From NCBI GenBank assembly GCA_902799385.1, contig CADCAK010000001.1, forward strand, positions 30,670 through 94,669: a stretch of 64,000 bases of DNA. The letters run 5' to 3'. The notes below the pieces were generated by a model. That model did no database searches. It worked only from the letters and a program-made list of their open reading frames with translations, and was not told where the DNA came from. Of the stretch, positions 9,258 through 17,143 are shown in pieces (positions within the stretch are counted from its first letter, which is position 1; each line of letters begins with the position of its first letter). The stretch comes from an uncultured bacterium (lineage in GTDB: Bacteria; Verrucomicrobiota; Kiritimatiellia; RFP12; UBA1067). The translations under genes and the position numbers were made by a program.

Positions 9258-10019
9258 ATGGCCAAGAAGCGGGAAAGCAATTTCAAGAAGAATGGAGTTT
9301 CAAGCGAACTCCTGCCGCGCGAGCAGATGGAGCGTGCGGCGAGTCCGCACGACCTAAAGGACGAGGCCGTTCTTGCGATACTGCTCAAGACAGGTGCGCC
9401 TGGCTGTGACGTCTTGGAACTCGCAAGGCGGCTCATCCGGGCGTTTGGTTGCATTCAAGACCTTGTAACCGCCGATTGGCGTACGCTGGTCGCAAAGATA
9501 TCCGACTACAACAAAAAGAACCCAGAAGCTCCCATCAAGGGTATTGGAAAAGTCAAGGCGCTTGAGCTGGCTGCAGCGTTTGAACTCGGGTATCGCCGTC
9601 TTCGCGTTAAGCCTGACGATCTCAAGAAGATGCGTGTCGCAACCGCAGACGACGCATACGAAGTGTTCAAGTTCATTGCCCAGGAGGGCGACGTTCTGGA
9701 GAACTTCTGGGTATTGCCTTTGACGGCGAAGCGAGTTCCGATCTGTGAGCCGATCAGAATTGCACGAGGGCAAGCCAACACGTCATATGTGATGCCGCGA
9801 GATGTCTTCCGAGAGGCCATCAAATGGGATGCCCACTGCATAATGGTGGCGCACAATCATCCAAGCGGAGACCACACTCCGTCAGAAGGCGACATCGAAA
9901 CGACGCGGCAGCTGATGGCGATGTCCAAAGACCTCGGCATTCCGCTTCTTGATCACTTGGTTGTCTCGTCCTTAGGCTATTCCTCGATACGAGACTACAT
10001 AAGGCGAGGCTCAGTCTAG
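9258..10019 (+). CDS. radC: RadC-like JAB/MPN domain protein
   Basis: JAMM motif HNHPSGDHTPSEGDIETTRQL....GIPLLDHLVV and an HhH-like N-terminus. GGAGGAGG RBS. Start at M13 of the track ORF. Confidence 0.85.
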   Translation: MAKKRESNFKKNGVSSELLPREQMERAASPHDLKDEAVLAILLKTGAPGCDVLELARRLIRAFGCIQDLVTADWRTLVAKISDYNKKNPEAPIKGIGKVKALELAAAFELGYRRLRVKPDDLKKMRVATADDAYEVFKFIAQEGDVLENFWVLPLTAKRVPICEPIRIARGQANTSYVMPRDVFREAIKWDAHCIMVAHNHPSGDHTPSEGDIETTRQLMAMSKDLGIPLLDHLVVSSLGYSSIRDYIRRGSV

Positions 10020-10046
10020 TCTCAACAGGGAGTCAACAGGGTCAGA

Positions 10047-10091
10047 TTTGCTGCGGAGTCATCTGTCTGACCCTGTTGGTTCCGGTACTTC
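10047..10091 (+). terminator. inverted repeat (13-bp stem CAACAGGGTCAGA / TCTGACCCTGTTG, 19-nt loop) downstream of radC
   Basis: Perfect 13-bp inverted repeat right after the radC stop. No strong U-tract, so it may be a terminator or a processing hairpin. Confidence 0.3.
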
Positions 10092-10225
10092 TCCCAGAGC
10101 CGGCGGATCCGAACAGCCTGCCGCCAGAACCCGACGACGGCGACATGCCGTTCTGAGATTTGTGCAAAGCTGTAAAGCATTGTCAGATTTTGCCGCGGGG
10201 AGCGAGTAAGGGGTAGAAAGGGATA

Positions 10226-10768
10226 TTGCCTGTAGTGAAATACTGTGCGCTGGCTTTGGTTTTGCTGACGGTGGGTGGATGCGCCTACCGCGATGCGCTT
10301 GTGCTTGAAAACGGCGAGAAAGTCGACTCGCTCTATTACCACGAAAGCCGCATGCCAGATGAGGTGATGGTTGAGATGTGGATCGATTTCAATGCGCGGC
10401 GGTTTCGGTTCAAGTGTGGATTGCATGACGCCATGGGCTGGGAATCCTGCCGGTTTGACGGGATGCGGTTGGATCTTGCCCTTGAAGGGCGTGAGTGGCG
10501 AAGACTCGTACATAATGTCGAACAGGCACATGTCGAGGCCTGGCCGGGAATTGACGCGAGTCGGGCTGCGTCGGCAGTGGATACGACGGCATATTACCTG
10601 CGGCTGCGAGCCGGCGACAAGACCATAGAGAGATTTGCCGTTGGCGCTGCGCCAAAGAAATTCGAGGGAATCCAGTCCGTAATCCAGTTCGCGCTGTCGC
10701 ACAAAGACCTTTACATGTTGCCAGGGGACGTGCCCAGCGGCGGGCATTTGCCCGCGGGCGCAGAATAA
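10226..10768 (+). CDS. hypothetical lipoprotein
   Basis: N-terminal lipobox-like signal ..KYCALALVLLTVGGC. TTG start at 10226 or in-frame GTG at 10235, preceded by AAGGGG. The long antisense ORF over the same region is presumed spurious (high GC). Confidence 0.5.
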   Translation: MPVVKYCALALVLLTVGGCAYRDALVLENGEKVDSLYYHESRMPDEVMVEMWIDFNARRFRFKCGLHDAMGWESCRFDGMRLDLALEGREWRRLVHNVEQAHVEAWPGIDASRAASAVDTTAYYLRLRAGDKTIERFAVGAAPKKFEGIQSVIQFALSHKDLYMLPGDVPSGGHLPAGAE

Positions 10769-11249
10769 AACATGGCGCAAAGTTTTCCAAAAAGTTGGCG
10801 CACGCCCTTGCGCCCCCGGTGCAAATATGAGACAATATATCTGCTCTCCGGAATTGAACTCTGTGGCGACAGAGGTACGAACGGGGGCCTTGAAAGCCGT
10901 TGGGTTGAAACCGATGGAGCCCTGCTGAGAACGGATCGAAAAGCCTGAAGGGTGGGCGGACGGTCCGGGAGGGGGCGCTGATGTCGGGAACCGCGGCGGC
11001 CGATTTGGAACGTGATGGAGGAGGCTTCCTCCGCGGGTTTGAGCGCGATAAGCGCAGCCTAAGCGTCGTCGGCATCTGGCGAGGCATCGCCTATTCCAAA
11101 ATGCTGCGACGACGTGTGTCGTCGGTGAAACGGCAACAAGTCCTGCACAGGCGGGAGAAAGGAATAGGTCATGAGTTATGACATAAGGATTAGGCGGAAG
11201 ACGGGAGGGCCGGTCGAATTCCGGCAGCCGCATTGCATAATCCTAAGCG

Positions 11250-11492
11250 TTGCAATCCGTTTACAAGCAGTCGTACGAACTACAACGACCGATTGTTGCC
11301 GATATGTGCGCAAACGCCGATAACGTCAGCGAAGATGAATTGGCGCATTGTTTTGATCGCGTGCTGGACATTTCATATACAGACTACGGCATGAGGCTTT
11401 TCAACAAATTGTGCAGGGCTTTCAAAGCAAGATATCCAGTTTGTGTGACGGATTATATAAAAATCCAAAAGGAGATTTATGGGGACGATTAA
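11250..11492 (+). CDS. small hypothetical protein (80 aa from TTG; 62 aa if from ATG 11304)
   Basis: ORF with protein-like composition directly upstream of the AlbA_2 gene. No recognisable domain. Confidence 0.3.
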   Translation: MQSVYKQSYELQRPIVADMCANADNVSEDELAHCFDRVLDISYTDYGMRLFNKLCRAFKARYPVCVTDYIKIQKEIYGDD

Positions 11493-11631
11493 GAATGTCT
11501 TGTGCCCACTATCTGAAGGTCGGCAGATTGGCGGCGCGAGACAAGGCGTATCATCCGCGGTCGTAGGTCGATTGCCTGTCCGTGCGAGGATGGAATGTGG
11601 CATAATTTCGACAAAAGCGCAAGGAGTGGGG

Positions 11632-13134
11632 ATGAAGCGAGACGAAAACCAGACGGTCGAGTACAAGGAGTCCTGGCACGAGAAGTACCTGGAGTGGATC
11701 TGCGGCTACGCGAACGCCAAGGGCGGGACGCTGTACATCGGCATAGAGGACGGAACCAAGAAGCCCGTCGGCGTCAGGAATCCCAACAAGCTGATGGAGG
11801 ACATCCCCAACTCCATACGCAACACGATGGGCATCGTGGCCGACGTCGCTTTGCTCAAGAAGCAGGGCAAGGATGTTATACGTATTAAGGTTGCGGCAAG
11901 CGCCTTCCCCGTCAGCTATCAGGGACGCTTCCACTATCGGACGGGATCGGTCAAGATGCTGCTGACAGGCCCGGCCCTTACGCAGTTCCTGATGGAGAAG
12001 TCAGGACAGCAATGGGACTGCATATCATGCTTCGGAGGACATCGTGCGTCCGATTTCACTTTTATTGCGCTCAAGAACCTCTATGAAAAGGCGAGTGGGT
12101 CGAAATTGACAAAGGAGGACATGCTTTCCTTTGGCCTTGTCACAGAGGCGGGCGTCATGACCAATACTGGCGCGCTGCTGGCCGACGAGTCGCCGATTCG
12201 ACATTCCCGCGTTTTCTGCACACGCTGGAACGGACTCGACATGACGGCAGGCGTTATGGATGCTGCCGACGACCAGGAATATAGTGGCGGACTTCTACAG
12301 TTGCTCAAATATGCAGAGGACTTTGTCCGCCTCCACTCCCGCCGCGCGTGGCACAAGCGTCCGACAGACCGCGTGAACTTCCGCGAGTATCCCGAACGCT
12401 CTGTTCAGGAGATGCTCATCAACGGACTCGTTCACCGCGACTACCTTGAGACAGGTAGCGAAGTCCATGTTGATATCTTCGACGATCGAATGGAAATAAC
12501 CTCCCCAGGCGGTATGCCGGGCGACCGCAAGGTTCAGGAGTATCCGAACATTCGGCGGATTCCGTCGCGTCGCCGCAATAAGTGCCTTGCGGATATGTTT
12601 GAACGGCTCGATCTCATGGAACGCAAGGGCAGCGGGTTCAAGAAGCTCAACGAGGACTACGAGAAACTGTCGGTCAACCTTGGGAAACGCATGCCCGTCC
12701 TTGAGTCCGAGAGTGACTACTTTCGCGTTACACTGCCGAATCTTCTCTATGGATTCACAGACGAACAGCTCGTCGCAGCCGTCGACAACTCGTCATACGG
12801 AGTGCCGAAGAGTGAGACGCTATCACTCGCGACCCACCATGATACCCACCATGATGCCCACCATGATACCCACCATGATGTGTTGCCGCTTAAACCAAAT
12901 GAAACCAAGCTTTTGAAGGTGCTGTCATTACAAAGAGAACTCAGCGCCACCGACTTGCGTAAGGCTATGAAACTTAGGAATGCGCCGGACTTTAGAGAGC
13001 GCTATCTCCGGCCGCTTTCTCGCGACGGATACATTGAGTTCACATTGCCGAACGCTAAGAAATCCAAACTTCAGAAGTATCGGCTGACGGACAAAGGACG
13101 TGCCGCGCTGTCGGCAAATACGTATAAGTCATAA
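11632..13134 (+). CDS. AlbA_2 (Schlafen-like) + HATPase_c_4 ATP-binding transcriptional regulator-like protein
   Basis: N-terminal AlbA_2 motif ESWHEKYLEWICGYANAKGGTLYIGIEDGTKKPVGV. C-terminal HATPase_c_4 region LINGLVHRDY..GSEVHVDIFDDRMEITSPGG. C-terminal HTH. AAGGAG RBS before ATG 11632. Confidence 0.8.
   Translation: MKRDENQTVEYKESWHEKYLEWICGYANAKGGTLYIGIEDGTKKPVGVRNPNKLMEDIPNSIRNTMGIVADVALLKKQGKDVIRIKVAASAFPVSYQGRFHYRTGSVKMLLTGPALTQFLMEKSGQQWDCISCFGGHRASDFTFIALKNLYEKASGSKLTKEDMLSFGLVTEAGVMTNTGALLADESPIRHSRVFCTRWNGLDMTAGVMDAADDQEYSGGLLQLLKYAEDFVRLHSRRAWHKRPTDRVNFREYPERSVQEMLINGLVHRDYLETGSEVHVDIFDDRMEITSPGGMPGDRKVQEYPNIRRIPSRRRNKCLADMFERLDLMERKGSGFKKLNEDYEKLSVNLGKRMPVLESESDYFRVTLPNLLYGFTDEQLVAAVDNSSYGVPKSETLSLATHHDTHHDAHHDTHHDVLPLKPNETKLLKVLSLQRELSATDLRKAMKLRNAPDFRERYLRPLSRDGYIEFTLPNAKKSKLQKYRLTDKGRAALSANTYKS
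12833..12880 (+). repeat. 4 x 12-bp tandem repeat (CCCACCATGATR) encoding a His-rich HHDTHHDAHHDTHHD tract inside the AlbA_2 gene
   Basis: Direct reading of sequence. In frame, near the C-terminus. Confidence 0.75.
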
Positions 13135-13189
13135 GACAGTAGTCGCTCGGCATACCGCCTGAGAAGTTTGGCATTGCCGATGACGCTGA

Positions 13190-13335
13190 GGAGGTTGCTA
13201 AAAAGGCGGAAGAGGTTGCTAAAAAGGCGGAAACTGCGGAAAGTGCGCAGGCAGGGGCAGAAAGTAAGCAGACAGGGGCGGAAAATGCGCAGACAGGGGC
13301 AGAAAGTAAGCAGACAGGGGCGGAAAGTGCGCAGA
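13190..13335 (+). repeat. tandem 21-bp repeat array (2 x GAGGTTGCTAAAAAGGCGGAA, then 4 x CAGACAGGGGCRGAAARTRMG)
   Basis: Direct reading. The units are multiples of 3 and are open in the frame of the downstream HTH ORF (7-aa repeats AESKQTG/AENAQTG), but no ATG/GTG/TTG start precedes them. Confidence 0.7.
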
Positions 13336-13337
13336 GA

Positions 13338-13996
13338 ATGATTCGGGTCGAAGCAATGATAGATTCTTTCTTTACCAACGCGATTCGATCTGACGCACGT
13401 CGAAATATGGTGGCGACTCTTGATTGCCTAATAAGGCATCCAGAGTATTCTGCTGCAAAGGTTGCAAAAGAGTTGGGTCTGTCGCAGAGTGCCACACAGA
13501 AGATCATGAGGATGTTGCAGAAAGCCGGGTTGCTACGACGCGAAGGACCGGATTTTGGAGGACGTTGGGCCATCAATGGCCTTAAAAAACCTCCACAGGC
13601 AACCTATGCGGATTCGCCAATGCCTCCGGCGGGCGGATGCTAATCGGCGTTGCCGACGACAAGAAAGGCAATGAGGTTGTCGGCGTCGCTGACTGGAAAT
13701 CGCTGTTTGAAAACATACCCAACCTGATGCGAGACACCATGGTGAGGGTGGGCGCCGCACCAGATGCAATTGTGGCAGATCAGGCAAAGTCGGATGGGCC
13801 GATAAACGGACCAATAAACAAGCGGGTGCTTCAATTCGTTCGGGAGCATGCCGGTTGCAAACGTGCGGATATTGCAAACTGGATTGGTGTTTCGTTGATG
13901 TCTTTGAAACGTGCACTTGAGGGGCTTTCCGCTGAGATTCAATATCGAGGAAGCAAAAAAACAGGAGGGTACTTCCCAAGGGCGAGTAAGGAGTAG
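13338..13996 (+). pseudogene. fragmented AlbA_2/HTH regulator paralog (HTH ORF 13338-13643; AlbA_2-motif + wHTH ORF 13586/13637-13996 in a different frame)
   Basis: ORF1 carries an HTH (AAKVAKELGLSQSATQKIMRMLQKAGLLRREG). Upstream of ORF2's ATG, in ORF2's frame, lies FANASGGRMLIGVADDKKGNEVVGVAD, which mirrors YANAKGGTLYIGIEDGTKKPVGV of the intact paralog. The domain order is scrambled and the size is truncated relative to the intact gene. Confidence 0.4.
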
Positions 13997-14045
13997 AAAG
14001 GAGAGATCGTGAAAAAGAATTTCATTTGGATTGTGAGGCGCACTG

Positions 14046-14183
14046 ATGGATGCTGATTTCTATCCGGAGGGATGGAGTGCGTTTGAAGACATGGGCGGCG
14101 ACGGCAAAGGAGACGCCGGTTGCGGATGCTTATTCCTGGTGGTCTTTTTGATTGGAATTCTGGTGGCATTGTTGAAGAAGTAG
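14046..14183 (+). CDS. candidate 45-aa small membrane peptide (acidic N-terminus, single C-terminal TM helix, KK terminus)
   Basis: ATG..TAG ORF MDADFYPEGWSAFEDMGGDGKGDAGCGCLFLVVFLIGILVALLKK. Not in the ORF track because it is <60 aa. Confidence 0.3.
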   Translation: MDADFYPEGWSAFEDMGGDGKGDAGCGCLFLVVFLIGILVALLKK

Positions 14184-14227
14184 GCGGTATAAACTGCTGC
14201 TTTAAGAATTTCCGCAAATCGTTCTCA

Positions 14228-14276
14228 AATCTCCAACTCCAACTCATCCCTCCAACTCCAACTCTCCAACTCCAAG
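14228..14276. repeat. simple repeat (CTCCAACT-like units)
   Basis: tctccaactccaactcatccctccaactccaactctccaactccaag. Confidence 0.6.
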
Positions 14277-14296
14277 CTTTCGCGGTTGATGTGTCG

Positions 14297-14419
14297 TGTA
14301 GTTTTCAAAACAGGACTGGCGTAGTTTTCAAAACAGGACTCTCCCGGCAATTGCGAACCCCTTGATTTTATTGTGTTTTTGTTATGTAGCAAGCTTGTTG
14401 GGAGTCCTGTTTTGCTCGG
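14297..14419. repeat. two tandem copies of the IS terminal repeat (GTAGTTTTCAAAACAGGACT) plus an inverted partner (GAGTCCTGTTTTG at 14401), giving a ~100-bp MITE-like inverted-repeat unit (14320-14419)
   Basis: CAAAACAGGACTC at 14332-14344 is the exact reverse complement of GAGTCCTGTTTTG at 14402-14414. The same motif forms the ends of the adjacent IS. Confidence 0.5.
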
Positions 14420-14428
14420 ATTCAGCCG

Positions 14429-15820
14429 TGTAGTTATCAAAAGTGGACTATCGTGGCCTCGTCGGTGTTGTCCTTGGGGTGTTTCCTGTCCGTGAACAGA
14501 ACGACGGGGTATGTGCCGTGCTTCGGGTAGTCCTTGACGATTGAGCGCGAGCCGTCGGTGTGCGAACACAGATAGGCCCGGGACCCGACGGGGGCGTTGA
14601 CCGTAACCTCGTCGAGGCCAATCCTGACTCTTCGACCTTTTCCGACGACAGTCGGCTCGATGACTGACCAGACGTATTCCCACCATGGCTCCGCTGGTTT
14701 GGGCCTAAGCTTGTTCCGGCCATCCCTGACCGCCTTGTCCCACGCCTCCATGCCCGTCATCCCGGTTTCGCGGTTGAGGTCGTGCTCCGAGTTCCACACG
14801 ATGAGAGGCCATATCTCGGAGTTGGCCTTGTCGAGATCTGCAGGGACGCCGATCCTTGCGAAATGGGCGGGAAGCCTGTCTTGCCATATCTGGTGCCGTC
14901 GTTCGATCTTCCCCTTTGACTCTGGGGAGTTTGCGAAGACCAGCGTGACCCCGTAGAACTTAAGCCGAGACGCGAGGCGTGTCAGGTGCCTGCCGTCCTG
15001 GCTCTTGAAGAAGGAAGCCTGGTCGACGTATATCTGCAGCGGCAGCCCGTAGCGCTCGAACGACTCCTTGAGGAAGTCGATGTATGCCGCCAGGTTCTCG
15101 TGGGCGTAGACCTTGCCTCCGACCTGTCTGCGGCTTGCGTCGTCAAGCATGTTCAGCATTGGAAGGCATTCGGATCCTTCCCCGAACCACCTGTACGGTG
15201 TCGCGTCGAGCTGCCACAGCTCGCCGACGTTGAGCCTCTGCCAGCGCCTCGTGTGGCACGTAGGCCTGTCCTTCGGCTTCGGGCGCGAGAGCCCCTGCGA
15301 GATGGCCCACAGCCTGACCTGCGCACGGTCCAGCCTCGCGGCGAGTCCAAGCCTGACGGCCTCGGATGCGGCAAAGGCGAAGGAGGCTGGCGGCCTCGTG
15401 GAAAGGGCCTGGCGGAGGAACGCCTTCAGCTCCTCCGTCCAAGGCGCCTTGTGTGCCCCGCCAGAGCTCGAAGGCATCCAGTCCTCGCCGCGGCGGATGG
15501 CGGAGAGCCACTCCTTGCGGATGGCGAACAGGCGGCTCCGCGAAAGACCGAGTTCGCTGCACGCCTGTTCCGATGTCATCGATCCGGCATTGAACGTTTC
15601 AAGCACATGCCTCAACAGCGGCAGTGCAATTCTCTGGTGTAGTTGCTTGCTCATGATAGCGAGCATGGTACAGGATTTTTGGCCGGAGGGGAAGGGGAGT
15701 GCGCTCGGCCCTTCGGGCCGCCCCTTCGGGGACGCTTCTCCCCTTCCCCTCCGGCCATCCCAGCAATATGCCAAACATCAAAGTAAAGCCTAAAGGCAGA
15801 GTCCTGTTTTGATTTCACCC
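14429..15820 (-). mobile_element. IS481-like insertion sequence (rve DDE transposase) with imperfect terminal inverted repeats
   Basis: Ends GTGTAGTTATCAAAAGTGGACT (14429-14450) and GAGTCCTGTTTTGATTTCACC (15798-15818) are imperfect inverted repeats (about 14/20). A single transposase ORF lies between them. Confidence 0.55.
14437..15774 (-). CDS. DDE transposase (integrase core/rve domain, N-terminal HTH), IS481-like
   Basis: W..D.T(x).... DDASRR...D....SPESKGKIER: D, D and the rve E. N-terminal HTH (TSEQACSELGLSRSRLFAIRKEW). Confidence 0.85.
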   Translation of the reverse strand: MAYCWDGRRGRGEASPKGRPEGPSALPFPSGQKSCTMLAIMSKQLHQRIALPLLRHVLETFNAGSMTSEQACSELGLSRSRLFAIRKEWLSAIRRGEDWMPSSSGGAHKAPWTEELKAFLRQALSTRPPASFAFAASEAVRLGLAARLDRAQVRLWAISQGLSRPKPKDRPTCHTRRWQRLNVGELWQLDATPYRWFGEGSECLPMLNMLDDASRRQVGGKVYAHENLAAYIDFLKESFERYGLPLQIYVDQASFFKSQDGRHLTRLASRLKFYGVTLVFANSPESKGKIERRHQIWQDRLPAHFARIGVPADLDKANSEIWPLIVWNSEHDLNRETGMTGMEAWDKAVRDGRNKLRPKPAEPWWEYVWSVIEPTVVGKGRRVRIGLDEVTVNAPVGSRAYLCSHTDGSRSIVKDYPKHGTYPVVLFTDRKHPKDNTDEATIVHF

Positions 15821-15849
15821 CGACACCGGATGCGGTGAAGGTGTGAATA

Positions 15850-15858
15850 TGGTATAAT
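15850..15858 (+). promoter_or_regulatory. extended -10 element TGGTATAAT
   Basis: Followed by AAGGAGG and a 52-aa ORF. The same 25-bp TATGGTATAATTTG..AAGGAGG-like cassette recurs at 16017-16040 ahead of fic. Confidence 0.45.
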
Positions 15859-15875
15859 TTTGCGATAAGGAGGAT

Positions 15876-16031
15876 ATGATAACGAAGAGCGAATTGGAAA
15901 AACTGCTTGCGTCTACTGAGACGTGCCGTGTCGAACGATTCAAGTCTGCGACGGACAAGAACAAGTTCGGCGAGGCCGAGACGGGGGAAGTCGGTCGTGC
16001 TGGCGCCAGTTCGGATTATGGTATAATTTGA
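15876..16031 (+). pseudogene. 52-aa ORF resembling the N-terminus of AlbA_2-family proteins (remnant)
   Basis: MITKSELEKLLASTETCRVERFKS.. resembles the E..VEFK N-terminal signature of AlbA_2 proteins. It ends inside the duplicated promoter cassette of fic. Confidence 0.3.
16019..16027 (+). promoter_or_regulatory. extended -10 element TGGTATAAT upstream of fic
   Basis: TATGGTATAATTTGAAGAGGAAGG then ATG at 16047. Confidence 0.5.
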
Positions 16032-16046
16032 AGAGGAAGGTCGAAG

Positions 16047-17039
16047 ATGAAGAAGATCGAATACATTCCGAAGTTTACGGTTAGCGGCAAGGCGATGCGG
16101 CTCATTATGGAGATTGCCGCCGCATTAGAACGATACAAAATCGTGATGGAGGGGTCTGATGGCGTGCGGCTCAGAAAGCTCAATCACATTCGTACGATTC
16201 GTGGGACGACGGCCATCGAGGGAAACACGCTGACCGAGGAGCAGATCACAGCCGTGCTGGCGGGGAAGCGCGTGGTGGCAACGCGGCGCGAAATTGACGA
16301 AGTGAAAGGTGCCCATCGCGCCTATGCGAAGATTGAGTCGTTCAATGCGTATTCGGTTAAGGATCTCTTAAAGGCGCACGCGTTGATGACGAAGGGGCTT
16401 GTTGAGAAGCCGGGCGAATTCCGCAAGTGTGCCGTGGGGGTGATGAATGGCGCGGGTGAAGTCGTGCATCTTGCTCCGCGTTTTGAACTCGTTCCTGGGC
16501 TGATGGATGATTTGTTTGCGTGGCTTGCCGATTCAGAAGAGCCAGTGCTTATAAAGAGTTGCGTCTTTCACTGGTGCTTCGAGGACATTCATCCATTTCC
16601 AGACGGCAATGGGCGCACTGGACGCCTTTGGCAGACCGTGTTGCTCGGCTCGTGGAATCCGCTCTTTTACGGCGCGCCAATTGAGAACATCGTATGGGCG
16701 CATCAGTCGGAGTATTATGCAGCGATACGGGCGGTTGAAGAGCACGACATGGACATCGCTCCGTTCATTGAGTTCATGCTTGACAAGATTCTTCGGACAC
16801 TGAAGGCCAAGGGTGAAGCGTATGAGGCAGGGGAAGAAAGTAGGGTTAAGAGTAGGGATAAAAGTAGGGATAAGGTGTTGTGCCTTTTGCGCAGGCAGCC
16901 TGATTTGACCCAAGCAGAGCTTGCTAATGCGTTGGGACTGACGGTAAAAGCGATTGAGAAGATCATTCGTCAGTTGAGAGATGCCAATCTCATAAAGCGC
17001 GAGGGCGGCAAGAAATTCGGACGCTGGATTGTGGCGTAG
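16047..17039 (+). CDS. fic: Fic family protein (class II, N-terminal inhibitory helix) with C-terminal HTH
   Basis: Fic motif HPFPDGNGRTGR. Intramolecular inhibitory (S/T)xxxE(G/N) motif TAIEGN near the N-terminus. C-terminal winged-HTH (QAELANALGLTVKAIEKIIRQL). Confidence 0.9.
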   Translation: MKKIEYIPKFTVSGKAMRLIMEIAAALERYKIVMEGSDGVRLRKLNHIRTIRGTTAIEGNTLTEEQITAVLAGKRVVATRREIDEVKGAHRAYAKIESFNAYSVKDLLKAHALMTKGLVEKPGEFRKCAVGVMNGAGEVVHLAPRFELVPGLMDDLFAWLADSEEPVLIKSCVFHWCFEDIHPFPDGNGRTGRLWQTVLLGSWNPLFYGAPIENIVWAHQSEYYAAIRAVEEHDMDIAPFIEFMLDKILRTLKAKGEAYEAGEESRVKSRDKSRDKVLCLLRRQPDLTQAELANALGLTVKAIEKIIRQLRDANLIKREGGKKFGRWIVA

Positions 17040-17143
17040 AGAATGAGCAAGTCCACACAGATTGTTACGTTGGGAGATACCTCAAGCCTTGATCTGCCCA
17101 AGGTCGGGTTTCTGTCGTCGCGCTGAAGCAGGAGCGCTCGGGG

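Noticed and set aside
10022-11233. 403-aa minus-strand ORF spanning the lipoprotein gene and intergenic region
   Set aside because: Arg/Pro/Ala-rich low-complexity translation, typical of antisense frames in high-GC DNA. It overlaps a plus-strand ORF with a lipoprotein signal and an RBS.
11190-11235. tRNA-like T-arm GGTCGAATTCC followed by GCAGCCGCA (possible tRNA or tmRNA 3' end)
   Set aside because: The loop is TCGAATT, not TTCGAAT (it contains an EcoRI site). No matching acceptor-stem partner or D/anticodon arms could be found upstream, and no tmRNA 5' GGGG..pairing or tag-peptide frame was seen.
13190-13335. Possible CRISPR array (regularly spaced repeats)
   Set aside because: The units are contiguous 21-mers with no spacers. 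There are no cas genes and no leader-like AT region. It reads as a coding-type tandem repeat.
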